NCBI GenBank assembly: GCA_016870515.1
Contig: VGBL01000006.1
Location: 38-64,037 of the forward strand
Source: Actinomycetota bacterium
GTDB lineage: Bacteria > Actinomycetota > Actinomycetes > S36-B12
DNA: 64,000 bases
Reading direction: 5' to 3'
A model generated the notes under the pieces. It searched no databases and was not told where the DNA came from. It worked only from the letters and a program-made list of their open reading frames with translations. Position 1 is the first letter of the stretch. The number at the start of each line of letters is the position of its first letter. Below are positions 28,160-36,181 of this stretch, in pieces. Position numbers and translations under genes: made by a program.

Positions 28160-28729
28160 GTGTCGTCAGCCGAGGCCAAGCAGATGCTGCGCTCCCTCGT
28201 GCGCGCGGCTCGTCGGCAGGGGTCCGCAGCCGACCAGGAGTCTCTCGCCTCCACCTGCCTGACTTTCGTCGATAACCTTCCCGGCCCGAAGCGCGTGACC
28301 TGCTACGCGTCCTACGGCAGCGAGCCGGGGACCGGCCCCCTCCTGGACGCGCTGGCCGCGGGCGGCTACGAGGTGCTGCTCCCTCGCGTGGTCGGCGACG
28401 ATCTTGAGTGGGTTCCTGCGGGCGGCGACACGGTCGTCTCGAGCATGGGCATCGCCGAGCCTGCGGGCGCGGCCGCATCTCTTCTCCCGCTGCGCGCGAT
28501 GCTGGTTCCCGCACTCGCGGTCGGCATCGACGGTGCACGTCTCGGCAAGGGCGGCGGCTACTACGACCGCGTCATCGCCGGCCTGCCCGCCGAGCAGCGG
28601 CCGATGGTTATCGCCGTCGTGCGAGATGAGGACGTCATGCCCGTGGCCACCGTGCCCGTGGACGCACGTGACTGCCCGGTGGACGCGATCCTCACTCCCA
28701 CGCGTGTCATCCCGTGCTCCAGTCCGTGA
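28160..28729 (+). CDS. 5-formyltetrahydrofolate cyclo-ligase
   Basis: 189 aa. The LVPALAVGIDGARLGKGGGYYDR motif is present and GGAG lies 10 nt upstream of the GTG. Confidence 0.85.
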   Translation: MSSAEAKQMLRSLVRAARRQGSAADQESLASTCLTFVDNLPGPKRVTCYASYGSEPGTGPLLDALAAGGYEVLLPRVVGDDLEWVPAGGDTVVSSMGIAEPAGAAASLLPLRAMLVPALAVGIDGARLGKGGGYYDRVIAGLPAEQRPMVIAVVRDEDVMPVATVPVDARDCPVDAILTPTRVIPCSSP

Positions 28730-29108
28730 AGCCCTGCCAGACGGTCACGCCGTCCATGTCGGGCCAGACCACCATGCCGACCGCCAGCCCCGCGGCGGCG
28801 GCGGCGACACAGACGACGACCGAGGCAGCGACATTGGCGACCGCGGCACGGCTGTTGCCCTCGCGGGCCAGCACCAAGGTGTCGAGGGCAAACGTCGAAA
28901 ACGTGGTGAGCGCACCGCAAAAGCCGACGCCGACTAGCAGGAATGTCGCGCGCGGCACACCTGCTATAAGGAAGCCGAGCAGCAGCGAACCCGCGACGTT
29001 GGCGACGAGGATGCCGTAGGGGAAACCGGGTGTGCGCCACAGGTAGAGCAGGTAGCGGGCCATGGCACCCGCAGCACCACCCGCAGCGATGAGGGCCAAC
29101 TCGATCAT
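28707..29108 (-). CDS. crcB: Fluoride efflux channel CrcB (second of a tandem pair)
   Basis: Last 133 aa of the artefactual 532-aa ORF 28707..30305 (MIELALIAAGGAAGAMARYLL...GFCGALTTFSTF). ATG 29108 overlaps the crcB1 stop (ATGA). Confidence 0.9.
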   Translation of the reverse strand: MIELALIAAGGAAGAMARYLLYLWRTPGFPYGILVANVAGSLLLGFLIAGVPRATFLLVGVGFCGALTTFSTFALDTLVLAREGNSRAAVANVAASVVVCVAAAAAGLAVGMVVWPDMDGVTVWQGFTDWSTG

Positions 29109-29518
29109 GGCGCGCTTCCTCGCCGAAGAGCCTGGCCCGCGGTAATGCCCGCCCACGCGGCCAGCAGCGAACCGCCCACCGATGCCACGAGATAGCCCAG
29201 CGAGATGGCGTAGTGACCTTCGCGAGCCAGGACCACGAGGTCGACGGCAAACGCGGAGAACGTCGTGAAGCCACCAAGCACGCCGACACCCAGGAACGGC
29301 CGCCACAGGCCGTGCCGGGCCGGGTGGGCGAGGACGTATGAGACGAGCACGCCCATCAGAAGGCAGCCGGCGATGTTGACGATCAGAGTTGCCCAGGCAA
29401 GGGGCACGGCCATCGCGTCGATGCCAATCTCGACGGCCCAGCGCGCGAGGGTGCCGATGGCACCTCCGAGCGCCACCACCACGAAGGCATCGCCTCGCGA
29501 AGGCTCGGCCCGTGGCAT
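29105..29518 (-). CDS. crcB: Fluoride efflux channel CrcB (first of a tandem pair)
   Basis: 137 aa. GGAIGTLARW and GVLGGFTTFSAF are present. Confidence 0.9.
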   Translation of the reverse strand: MPRAEPSRGDAFVVVALGGAIGTLARWAVEIGIDAMAVPLAWATLIVNIAGCLLMGVLVSYVLAHPARHGLWRPFLGVGVLGGFTTFSAFAVDLVVLAREGHYAISLGYLVASVGGSLLAAWAGITAGQALRRGSAP

Positions 29519-29521
29519 GCG

Positions 29522-30274
29522 CTAGTCGTCGCGGCGCTGGAACAGGATGAGGGCCGGCATCGCGAGCACGAGGAACCACAGCAGGAACACGCCGAGGTGC
29601 CCCCACGCCTCCAGGCCCTCGGCGTTGACACCGGCGGTGGCCCCGGTGAAGGGCAACGCCCAGTCGATCCAGCCCCAATCGAGCACGAATGCCACCGCGC
29701 TGATGATGGGCTCGACGAGTACGGCGAACACGATTGGCAGGATGATACCCAGCGGCTGATTGCGAGTCAGTGCGGTGATGGCAAAGGCCATTAGCGAGAA
29801 GATGACGACGTAGATCACTCCGCGAAGTCCCGGAAGGCCGAGGGCCGTCTCCTCCCAGACGAATCCCTGTCCCGCGAGGGCACTGCCGAGCGCCCCGCCC
29901 ACGACCATGGCCGCGATTGCCAGCACCGCGGCCACGATGATGACGGCGATGACCATGAGCGCCTTGGCGACGAAGACCGGCGTGCGGCGCGGGTAGGTCG
30001 ACAGCGTGATGCGGATGAGCCCGTGCCGGTATTCCTGCCCGAAGGCGGCAGCCCCGATCGTGCACAGGACCGCGGCGGTGAGGGGCAGGAAGCCCGCGAA
30101 GCCGGCGGTGCCGGCTCCCTCCGGTGGACCGCCTGCCTCCGAGCCAGCGGCGTTGACGATCCACGTCACGAACAGCGCGAGTCCTGCGGGCACGAGGGCG
30201 CCGAGGGCCATCAGCGCCCACGTCGACTTCACTGTCGAGATGCGCACCCACTCGTAGCGCAGCGGCCCCCTCAT
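29522..30274 (-). CDS. ABC-2 type transporter permease
   Basis: 250 aa with six predicted TM helices. Its start overlaps the ATPase stop by 4 nt and its stop lies 3 nt before crcB. Confidence 0.8.
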   Translation of the reverse strand: MRGPLRYEWVRISTVKSTWALMALGALVPAGLALFVTWIVNAAGSEAGGPPEGAGTAGFAGFLPLTAAVLCTIGAAAFGQEYRHGLIRITLSTYPRRTPVFVAKALMVIAVIIVAAVLAIAAMVVGGALGSALAGQGFVWEETALGLPGLRGVIYVVIFSLMAFAITALTRNQPLGIILPIVFAVLVEPIISAVAFVLDWGWIDWALPFTGATAGVNAEGLEAWGHLGVFLLWFLVLAMPALILFQRRDD

Positions 30275-31176
30275 GACGACTCCCCGAACGCAAAATCCTG
30301 CGCATCGCCGGTGAGTTCCAAGAAGGTGTCCTCGAGGCTTGCCTTGCGCTGGGTCAACTCGCGCAGCGCGATGCCTGCATCAAAGGCAAGCCGGCCGATC
30401 TCATCCGTGGTCAGGCCCGTCACCGCGAGGCCGTCGTCACCGTCGCGATCCACCTGGACCCCCGCACCGCGAAGAGCGTCGGCCAGGCGGCCCGAGTCGG
30501 CACTGCGCACGAGCACGTCGCTGCGTTGCGAGACCAGCTCGTTGATGGTGCCGTCGGCGACCAGGCTGCCCTTCGCAATGACGACCACGTGCTGAGCCAT
30601 GAGCTGCATCTCGGTCAGGAGGTGGCTCGAGACCAGAACGGCGTTGCCCTGCGCGGCGTAGGCGCGCAGGAACTCGCGGAGCCACTGGATGGACTGCGGA
30701 TCGAGGCCGTTGGCGGGCTCATCGAGCATGAGCGCTCGCGGGTTGGCGAGCACGGCCCCGGCCAGGCCAAGTCGCTGGGCCATACCGAGCGAGAAGCCCT
30801 TGGGTCGCTTGTCGGCGACATCGGTCAGCCCCACCATCGCGAGGACCTCCTCGATGCGCGACTTAGGCAGTTTGGCATCGGTGGCGAGCATGCGGAGGTG
30901 GTCGTGCGCCGTGCGACCTGGCAGGAAGGGCCGAGCGTCAAGATGCGTGCCCACCACCTCGCTTGCGTGCGGGTGCTGGATGAGCGGCTTGCCGTCGAAG
31001 AGCGTGCTGCCCGCGCCACGATCGAGACCGAGCATGAGCCGCATGGTGGTGGACTTGCCCGCACCATTGGGGCCGAGGAAGCCCGTGACGACGCCGTCGG
31101 GGACCTCGAAGGAGAGGTCATCGACGGCGCGCACCGATCCGAAGGACTTGCCCAGCCCTTGGGCGACGATGGCCAT
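30271..31176 (-). CDS. ABC transporter ATP-binding protein
   Basis: 301 aa with Walker A GPNGAGKSTT, signature FSLGMAQR and Walker B LMLDEP. Confidence 0.93.
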   Translation of the reverse strand: MAIVAQGLGKSFGSVRAVDDLSFEVPDGVVTGFLGPNGAGKSTTMRLMLGLDRGAGSTLFDGKPLIQHPHASEVVGTHLDARPFLPGRTAHDHLRMLATDAKLPKSRIEEVLAMVGLTDVADKRPKGFSLGMAQRLGLAGAVLANPRALMLDEPANGLDPQSIQWLREFLRAYAAQGNAVLVSSHLLTEMQLMAQHVVVIAKGSLVADGTINELVSQRSDVLVRSADSGRLADALRGAGVQVDRDGDDGLAVTGLTTDEIGRLAFDAGIALRELTQRKASLEDTFLELTGDAQDFAFGESS

Positions 31177-31182
31177 GGCTGG

Positions 31183-31188
31183 ACCCTA
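31183..31188 (-). promoter_or_regulatory. -10-like hexamer TAGGGT 6 nt upstream of the ABC ATPase ATG (leaderless-type)
   Basis: The minus strand reads TAGGGT-ccagcc-ATG(31176) with no SD. Confidence 0.3.
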
Positions 31189-31237
31189 GCGCCGCCGGGC
31201 AGCCCTCATCGCACTTCGCCCACAGCCATCGCGGTCG

Positions 31238-31267
31238 TTAGCACTCCCTCGTCTTGAGTGCTAAAAT
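31238..31267 (+). promoter_or_regulatory. CIRCE element (HrcA operator) overlapping -35/-10-like promoter hexamers
   Basis: TTAGCACTC-cctcgtctt-GAGTGCTAA (31238-31264) exactly matches the CIRCE consensus TTAGCACTC-N9-GAGTGCTAA. TAAAAT lies at 31262-31267 and TTAGCA at 31238-31243. Confidence 0.85.
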
Positions 31268-31291
31268 CCCGGCACCATCCAGGGAGGGATA

Positions 31292-31606
31292 GTGCCGACG
31301 TATCAATACGCCTGCACCGCCTGCGACCATGACCTCGAGGCGGTCCAGTCGTTCATCGACGACCCGCTGACCGAGTGCCCGGAGTGCGGAGGCGCACTGC
31401 GCAAGGTCTTCGGCAACGTCGGCGTCGTCTTCAAGGGCTCGGGCTTCTACCGCACCGACTCGCGCGGCAAGTCCGAATCATCATCGACATCGCCGGACGC
31501 CACCGAGGCGAAGAAGTCCGATTCGACGACGGCCCCCAAGACCGAGTCGTCGAGCACGTCCACCGGCTCGTCCACTCCCTCCCCCAGCGGCACCACCGCC
31601 GCCTAG
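31292..31606 (+). CDS. FmdB-family zinc-ribbon protein with disordered Ser/Thr-rich tail (Ruc/Rv0991c-like)
   Basis: 104 aa starting MPTYQYACTACDH...CPECGG (CxxC x2), followed by an S/T/K-rich low-complexity C-terminus. AGGGAGGG SD precedes GTG 31292. Confidence 0.8.
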   Translation: MPTYQYACTACDHDLEAVQSFIDDPLTECPECGGALRKVFGNVGVVFKGSGFYRTDSRGKSESSSTSPDATEAKKSDSTTAPKTESSSTSTGSSTPSPSGTTAA

Positions 31607-31659
31607 CCTGTGGACAGTCGTCGACGCCTTCGCGCGAGGGCGACTAGCGTCCTTGGTCC

Positions 31660-32286
31660 ATGGATGTCCGTAGCCTTCGTCGGCGACTGACCTACCTACA
31701 GCGACGTCATCGCCGTGGGCTCGCCGCCATTCTCGCATTCGCCGCCACCTTGGGTGTGCTCGCCGTAGTGCGTCCGTCGCCGCCCGCCTCCGTCAGTGTG
31801 CTCGTCGCGTCGCACAACCTCCCAGCCGGCGCGACACTCGCCTCCGACGACGTGCGCATCGCCGAGGTGCCCGCTGACATCCTGCCTCCCGGAGCATTCA
31901 CCAGCGCCGATGACCTCAGCGGTCGCACCCTCAGCGCGCCCATGAGCGCGGGCGAGGTGGTCACGTCGACGCGTCTCGCCGACGCAGCCCTGTCCTACGA
32001 AGAGGGGATCTACGCCGTTCCGCTGCGGCTGGCCGACGCTGAGGTGGCGGGCCTGCTGGCACCCGGCGTCGTCATCGACATCGTCCGCGATGAACGTGGG
32101 CGTGTCGAGGTGATTGCCCAGGCGGTGCGCGTGATCACGGTGCCGCGCCGGGGCGCCATCAACTCGATGGGCAGCTCGCCCAACTCGACTCCCGGTAGCC
32201 TCATCCTCGTCGCCGCTGATCGCACGACGGCGATACGGCTAGCGGCAGCCGGTACCGCCGGCGATCTCGCAGCCATCATGCGCTGA
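31660..32286 (+). CDS. SAF domain-containing protein (CpaB/RcpC-like), N-terminal membrane anchor
   Basis: 208 aa. A TM (LAAILAFAATLGVLAVV) is followed by a SAF-like beta domain (VLVASHNLPAGATLASDDV). It holds the conserved position next to mscL. Confidence 0.75.
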   Translation: MDVRSLRRRLTYLQRRHRRGLAAILAFAATLGVLAVVRPSPPASVSVLVASHNLPAGATLASDDVRIAEVPADILPPGAFTSADDLSGRTLSAPMSAGEVVTSTRLADAALSYEEGIYAVPLRLADAEVAGLLAPGVVIDIVRDERGRVEVIAQAVRVITVPRRGAINSMGSSPNSTPGSLILVAADRTTAIRLAAAGTAGDLAAIMR

Positions 32287-32312
32287 GAGCGCCGCAGTCA
32301 ACGGGAGAGGGC

Positions 32313-32720
32313 ATGATCAAGGGGTTCAAGGAGTTCGTCTTCCGCGGCAACGTCATCGACCTGGCAGTTGCCGTCGCCGTGGGCACGGCACTAGCGGCGC
32401 TCGTCGCCGCGGTGACCAAGGCCCTCATCGAGCCCCTCGTGGGATGGGTCCTGCACTTCATCGGCGGAAGTGACGGGGTCGGCGGCACGATCCTCCTGTC
32501 GGACGGCTACGAAATCGACTTCGCCCTGCTCATCGGCGCGATCATCACGTTCTTCACCACACTCGTGGCGCTCTACTTCTTCTTCGTGGCACCCATGAAC
32601 AAGTACCGCGCTCTGACCGGCCAGGGCAGCATCGACACCCGCCCACCCGATGTCCAGCTGCTCGAGGAGATCCGCGACCTGCTCAAGGAGCAGCAGGCCA
32701 AGGGCGGGACATCTAACTGA
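32313..32720 (+). CDS. mscL: Large-conductance mechanosensitive channel MscL
   Basis: 135 aa starting MIKGFKEFVFRGNVIDLAVAVAVGTA. Confidence 0.95.
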   Translation: MIKGFKEFVFRGNVIDLAVAVAVGTALAALVAAVTKALIEPLVGWVLHFIGGSDGVGGTILLSDGYEIDFALLIGAIITFFTTLVALYFFFVAPMNKYRALTGQGSIDTRPPDVQLLEEIRDLLKEQQAKGGTSN

Positions 32721-32778
32721 GAGGCGCAGCGCCGGCCAGCCTCCTGTGGCGGCTTTCAAAGGTGTGGTGAAACCACCG

Positions 32779-34158
32779 CTAGGAGTAGTGCGGTGGCACC
32801 TGCTCGAGGTAGTGGCGATCGTCGAAGCCGTCGATCCCCTCGTCTGTGGTGATATCCGGCAGGAGCGTGACATCGAGGGGTGAGGGGGCGACTCGCGACG
32901 ACTCGACCGCCTCCAGGGCGCCTTCGAAAGCCGAGGCCAGGAGGCCAAGGTCAGCGTCGGTGACGACGAACGACGGAGACACCTGAATGGCCCCGGATGC
33001 AAGGGTGCGCGTGAGCACTCCGCGCTCTCGCAGACCGGTCAGCACTCGCGGGGGCACGCCCTCGGCGATCGCATCCGGCGTGAAGTCCACGGCGGCCAGC
33101 ACACCCACCCCCGCGCGCACCTCGCTAACGACATCGAACGCCGTGAGAGGGCTCAGTGCGCGGGCAAGCGAGTGCTGAAGTACCGCGGCCGTGTCAACGA
33201 GGTGCTCCTCGTCGAGGATGTCGAGATTGGCCATGGCTGCGGCGGCTCCCGCGGCATGCGCGGAGTACGTATAGCCATGCCGCCACATCACCGGTGCCGG
33301 GCCGGGTGTCCAGAAGGGTTCGGCTACCCGGCCAGACACCAGGACGGCGCCGAGGGGCACGTAGCCGCTCGTCACGCCCTTGGCACTGAGGAGGACGTCG
33401 GGATCGAGACTCCAGCGAGTCGAGGCGAACATGTCACCGGCGCGCCCGTAACCGCTGATGACCTCGTCGGCCACGAAGAGCACATCGCGCTCGCGACACG
33501 CCTCCCGCACGCGGTCGAGGTAGCCCTCCGGCGGCGCATAGACCCCCCCCGCTCCGATGATGGGCTCGCAGAAGAACGCCGCGACGTCATCGCGCTGGTC
33601 GAGCAGGTCGATCAGGGCATCCGCGTCGCTCCAGTCGATCTGCAGCACAGCGGGATCAAGGTCGCCATGGCCCTGCCGATTGGCCGGGATACCCGCCAAG
33701 CTGGTGCCCGCGAGATGCATGCCGTGATAGGCGTGCGTGCGCGTGACGATGACATTGCGGTGCGGCGATCCGACCTCCGCCCAGTAGCGACGCGCGAGCT
33801 TGACCGCGGTGTCGACCGAGTCAGATCCGCCGCTGGTCAAGAACACCTTCGCGTCCGCCAGGGGTGCGAGGGCGGAAAGGCGCTCAGCGAGTTCGAGTGC
33901 TGGCCGAGTCGCCAGGTCGCCGAATGCCGAGTAGGCGGCCAGCGTGCTCATCTGTCGTGCAGCGGCCTCGGCGATGCGCGTGCGCCCGTGTCCCACATTG
34001 CAGTACCACAGGCCCGCCGATGCATCGAGGTAGCGCCGGCCGGACTCATCTGTGACCCAGGCACCCTCGCCGGAGGCCAGCACGAGTTCGCCCTTGGCGG
34101 AGACCGCGGCCATGTCGGCGAAGGGATGCCAGAGGGCGGTCTGCGGGTGCGAGGTCAC
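32779..34158 (-). CDS. Class-III (omega) aminotransferase, aspartate aminotransferase superfamily
   Basis: 459 aa. Family-typical stretches include SGGSDSVDTAVKLAR, FVADEVISGYGRAG and SAKGVTSGY. Confidence 0.9.
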   Translation of the reverse strand: MTSHPQTALWHPFADMAAVSAKGELVLASGEGAWVTDESGRRYLDASAGLWYCNVGHGRTRIAEAAARQMSTLAAYSAFGDLATRPALELAERLSALAPLADAKVFLTSGGSDSVDTAVKLARRYWAEVGSPHRNVIVTRTHAYHGMHLAGTSLAGIPANRQGHGDLDPAVLQIDWSDADALIDLLDQRDDVAAFFCEPIIGAGGVYAPPEGYLDRVREACRERDVLFVADEVISGYGRAGDMFASTRWSLDPDVLLSAKGVTSGYVPLGAVLVSGRVAEPFWTPGPAPVMWRHGYTYSAHAAGAAAAMANLDILDEEHLVDTAAVLQHSLARALSPLTAFDVVSEVRAGVGVLAAVDFTPDAIAEGVPPRVLTGLRERGVLTRTLASGAIQVSPSFVVTDADLGLLASAFEGALEAVESSRVAPSPLDVTLLPDITTDEGIDGFDDRHYLEQVPPHYS

Positions 34159-34164
34159 GCGGCC

Positions 34165-34174
34165 AGGCTAGCGT
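34165..34174. promoter_or_regulatory. Overlapping divergent -10-like hexamers (minus TAGCCT, plus TAGCGT) sharing a central CTAG
   Basis: The plus strand reads aGGCTAGCGT. TAGCGT (34169-34174) lies 7 nt before ATG 34182. TAGCCT on the minus strand (34170-34165) lies 6 nt before GTG 34158. Confidence 0.35.
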
Positions 34175-34181
34175 GGCGCAC

Positions 34182-35315
34182 ATGCGCATCGTCCTGTTCG
34201 GCGCCACCGGATACACCGGTCGGCTGACCGCCGAGGCCATGGTGCGGGCGGGCCTCGCACCCGTGCTCGCCGGTCGCCACCACGATGCAGTGGCCAGGCT
34301 CGCCGATCGCCTCGCGCCGCTTGCCCCGTCGCGCGACACCGAGCCCCGCATCGCGCTCGCCGACGTCTCGGATCCCGCGAGCGTGCGTGCACTGCTCGAA
34401 TCGCCGTCCGACGTCCTCGTGACGACGGTGGGGCCGTTCATCGACCTTGGCGCTGCCGCCGTCGAGGCCGCCATCGACGCGGGTGCGGCCTACCTCGATT
34501 CGACCGGCGAGCCGCCCTTCATACGCCGCGTCTTCGACGAGTGGGGGCCGCGCGCGAAGTCGACAGGGGCGCGACTGATGACGGCCTTCGGCTACGACTA
34601 CGTGCCCGGCAATCTCGCGGGCGCACTCGCCCTCAGGCGCTGCCGAGAGGCGGGGGTGCCCGCTGCGCGCGTCGACATCGGCTATTTCATCGATGGCCAA
34701 TTCGCTATCAGTTCGGGCACCCGGGCCAGTGCCGTGGGCGTCCTGCTCGCCCCGTCCTACGGCTTCAGTTGCGGCACGGTCGTCGAGAGGCGCTCACCCG
34801 GCGGCCGCACGCGCACCTTCGACCTCGGTCGCGGTCGCAAGTGGACCGGCCTTCCCGTCGCGGGCAGCGAGCATCTGTCGCTCTCTCGCGTGGACCCGGC
34901 GCTGACCGACGTGGACGTGTGGCTCGGCTGGGCGGGCCGCTGGACAAAGCCCGCGTCCTACGCCGGCACGGCATTGGGTGCGCTTGCTGGAATCCCCGGG
35001 CTAGGCAGCGGCGCAACGAGCTGGGTGAGCAGACGAGCCGCGCGCACGACCGGAGCCGGGCCCGACGCAGCCGCCCGCGCCGCCGCGCGCACGATCGTGC
35101 AGGCCGATGCGAGTGATCCGGTCGGCCGAGAACTGGCATCGGTGCGACTGGAGGGCCCGTCGCCCTACGACCTCACGGCCGACCTCCTCGCGTGGGGTGC
35201 CGCGATGGCAGCGACGCGCACGGTTGCCCCTGGCGCTCACGGCCCCGTCGATGCCTTTGACCTCGAGGCACTCGAACGCGGATGCTCCGACATGGGCCTG
35301 GTTGCCGTCACATGA
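34182..35315 (+). CDS. Saccharopine dehydrogenase-like NAD(P)-binding oxidoreductase
   Basis: MRIVLFGATGYTGRLTAEAMV is a Rossmann N-terminus. The ORF-track start is 34173 (GTG), but I prefer ATG 34182. Confidence 0.8.
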   Translation: MRIVLFGATGYTGRLTAEAMVRAGLAPVLAGRHHDAVARLADRLAPLAPSRDTEPRIALADVSDPASVRALLESPSDVLVTTVGPFIDLGAAAVEAAIDAGAAYLDSTGEPPFIRRVFDEWGPRAKSTGARLMTAFGYDYVPGNLAGALALRRCREAGVPAARVDIGYFIDGQFAISSGTRASAVGVLLAPSYGFSCGTVVERRSPGGRTRTFDLGRGRKWTGLPVAGSEHLSLSRVDPALTDVDVWLGWAGRWTKPASYAGTALGALAGIPGLGSGATSWVSRRAARTTGAGPDAAARAAARTIVQADASDPVGRELASVRLEGPSPYDLTADLLAWGAAMAATRTVAPGAHGPVDAFDLEALERGCSDMGLVAVT

Positions 35316-36181
35316 GCACCGCGCTCGAAGAGGCTGCGTGGCGCGAGCGGCAACGCGATCACGCGGAGCGCGTGAGGCCATGGGTCGAGCCGCGCCTCGA
35401 ACGGCGGCGTCACGGTCGGCGCCACCCCGTCGACGACTTCCTCTTCGACTACTACACCTTCCGCCCCGGTCAACTCGCCACCTGGCACCCGGGGGTCGGT
35501 GTTGCCCTCACCGGCGAGGTGAGCGAGTGGGAGTTCGTTCGCGGCTATGCCGTCGGTGACGGTCGGGCACACGTCGATCCGAAGGCGATTCCCTTCGACT
35601 CGCTTCGTGCGTTCGCCGAGCTCCTGCGTCTGACCTCGCAGCGCGAGCCGCAGCACGGCTGCTTCGGTCGGCATGAGTGGGCCATGGTCTATCGGCTGCC
35701 ACAGGACGAGATCCGACACGCGGCCTGGCCGCTTCGCGTCGCAGCGCAGGAGATCGCCGACGTCGTCGAGTCCTCTCCCCTGCGCTGCACACACTTCGAT
35801 GCGTTCCGCTTCTACTCTCCCGGGGCGCGACCGCTCAACGTCGTCACGCCCACGCGGGCGACCCAGCCCGACCTCGAGCAGCCCGGCTGCCTGCACGCCA
35901 CGATGGACCTCTACAAGTGGGCGTTCCGCTCCTACCCCGTGGTCGGTGCCGACCTGACGGCCGATTGCTTCGAGTTGGCCCGAGAGGTGCGCAACGTCGA
36001 CATGCGCGTGGCTCCCTACGACCTCACCCCGCTGGGGCTCGCGCCCATCCACATCGAGACAGCCGAGGGGCGGGCCGAGTTCGTGCGGCACCAGAAGGCG
36101 TTCGCCTTGCGCGGGGCCGATCTTCGCCAGCGCCTCCTTGGCGTCATTGACGCAGCGCTCGCCTCCCTGACGCCCGTATGA
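35312..36181 (+). CDS. Conserved hypothetical protein (family often auto-annotated as 3-methyladenine DNA glycosylase; function unverified)
   Basis: ATG 35312 overlaps the upstream stop (ATGA). The HPVDDFLFDYYTFRPG motif is one I recall from actinobacterial homologues, but I cannot confirm the family without a search. Confidence 0.6.
   Translation: MSTALEEAAWRERQRDHAERVRPWVEPRLERRRHGRRHPVDDFLFDYYTFRPGQLATWHPGVGVALTGEVSEWEFVRGYAVGDGRAHVDPKAIPFDSLRAFAELLRLTSQREPQHGCFGRHEWAMVYRLPQDEIRHAAWPLRVAAQEIADVVESSPLRCTHFDAFRFYSPGARPLNVVTPTRATQPDLEQPGCLHATMDLYKWAFRSYPVVGADLTADCFELAREVRNVDMRVAPYDLTPLGLAPIHIETAEGRAEFVRHQKAFALRGADLRQRLLGVIDAALASLTPV

Noticed and set aside
29109-30305. N-terminal 399 aa of the 532-aa ORF 28707..30305
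   Set aside because: This part is an out-of-frame read across crcB1 and the ABC-2 permease (Arg/Gly/Pro junk). Only the last 133 aa, from ATG 29108, form a CrcB protein.
31177-31237. Fluoride riboswitch upstream of the ABC-crcB operon
   Set aside because: On the operon strand I could not find the conserved crcB-motif segments. The ATG is only 6 nt from a -10-like hexamer, leaving no leader. An Infernal scan would be needed to exclude it formally.
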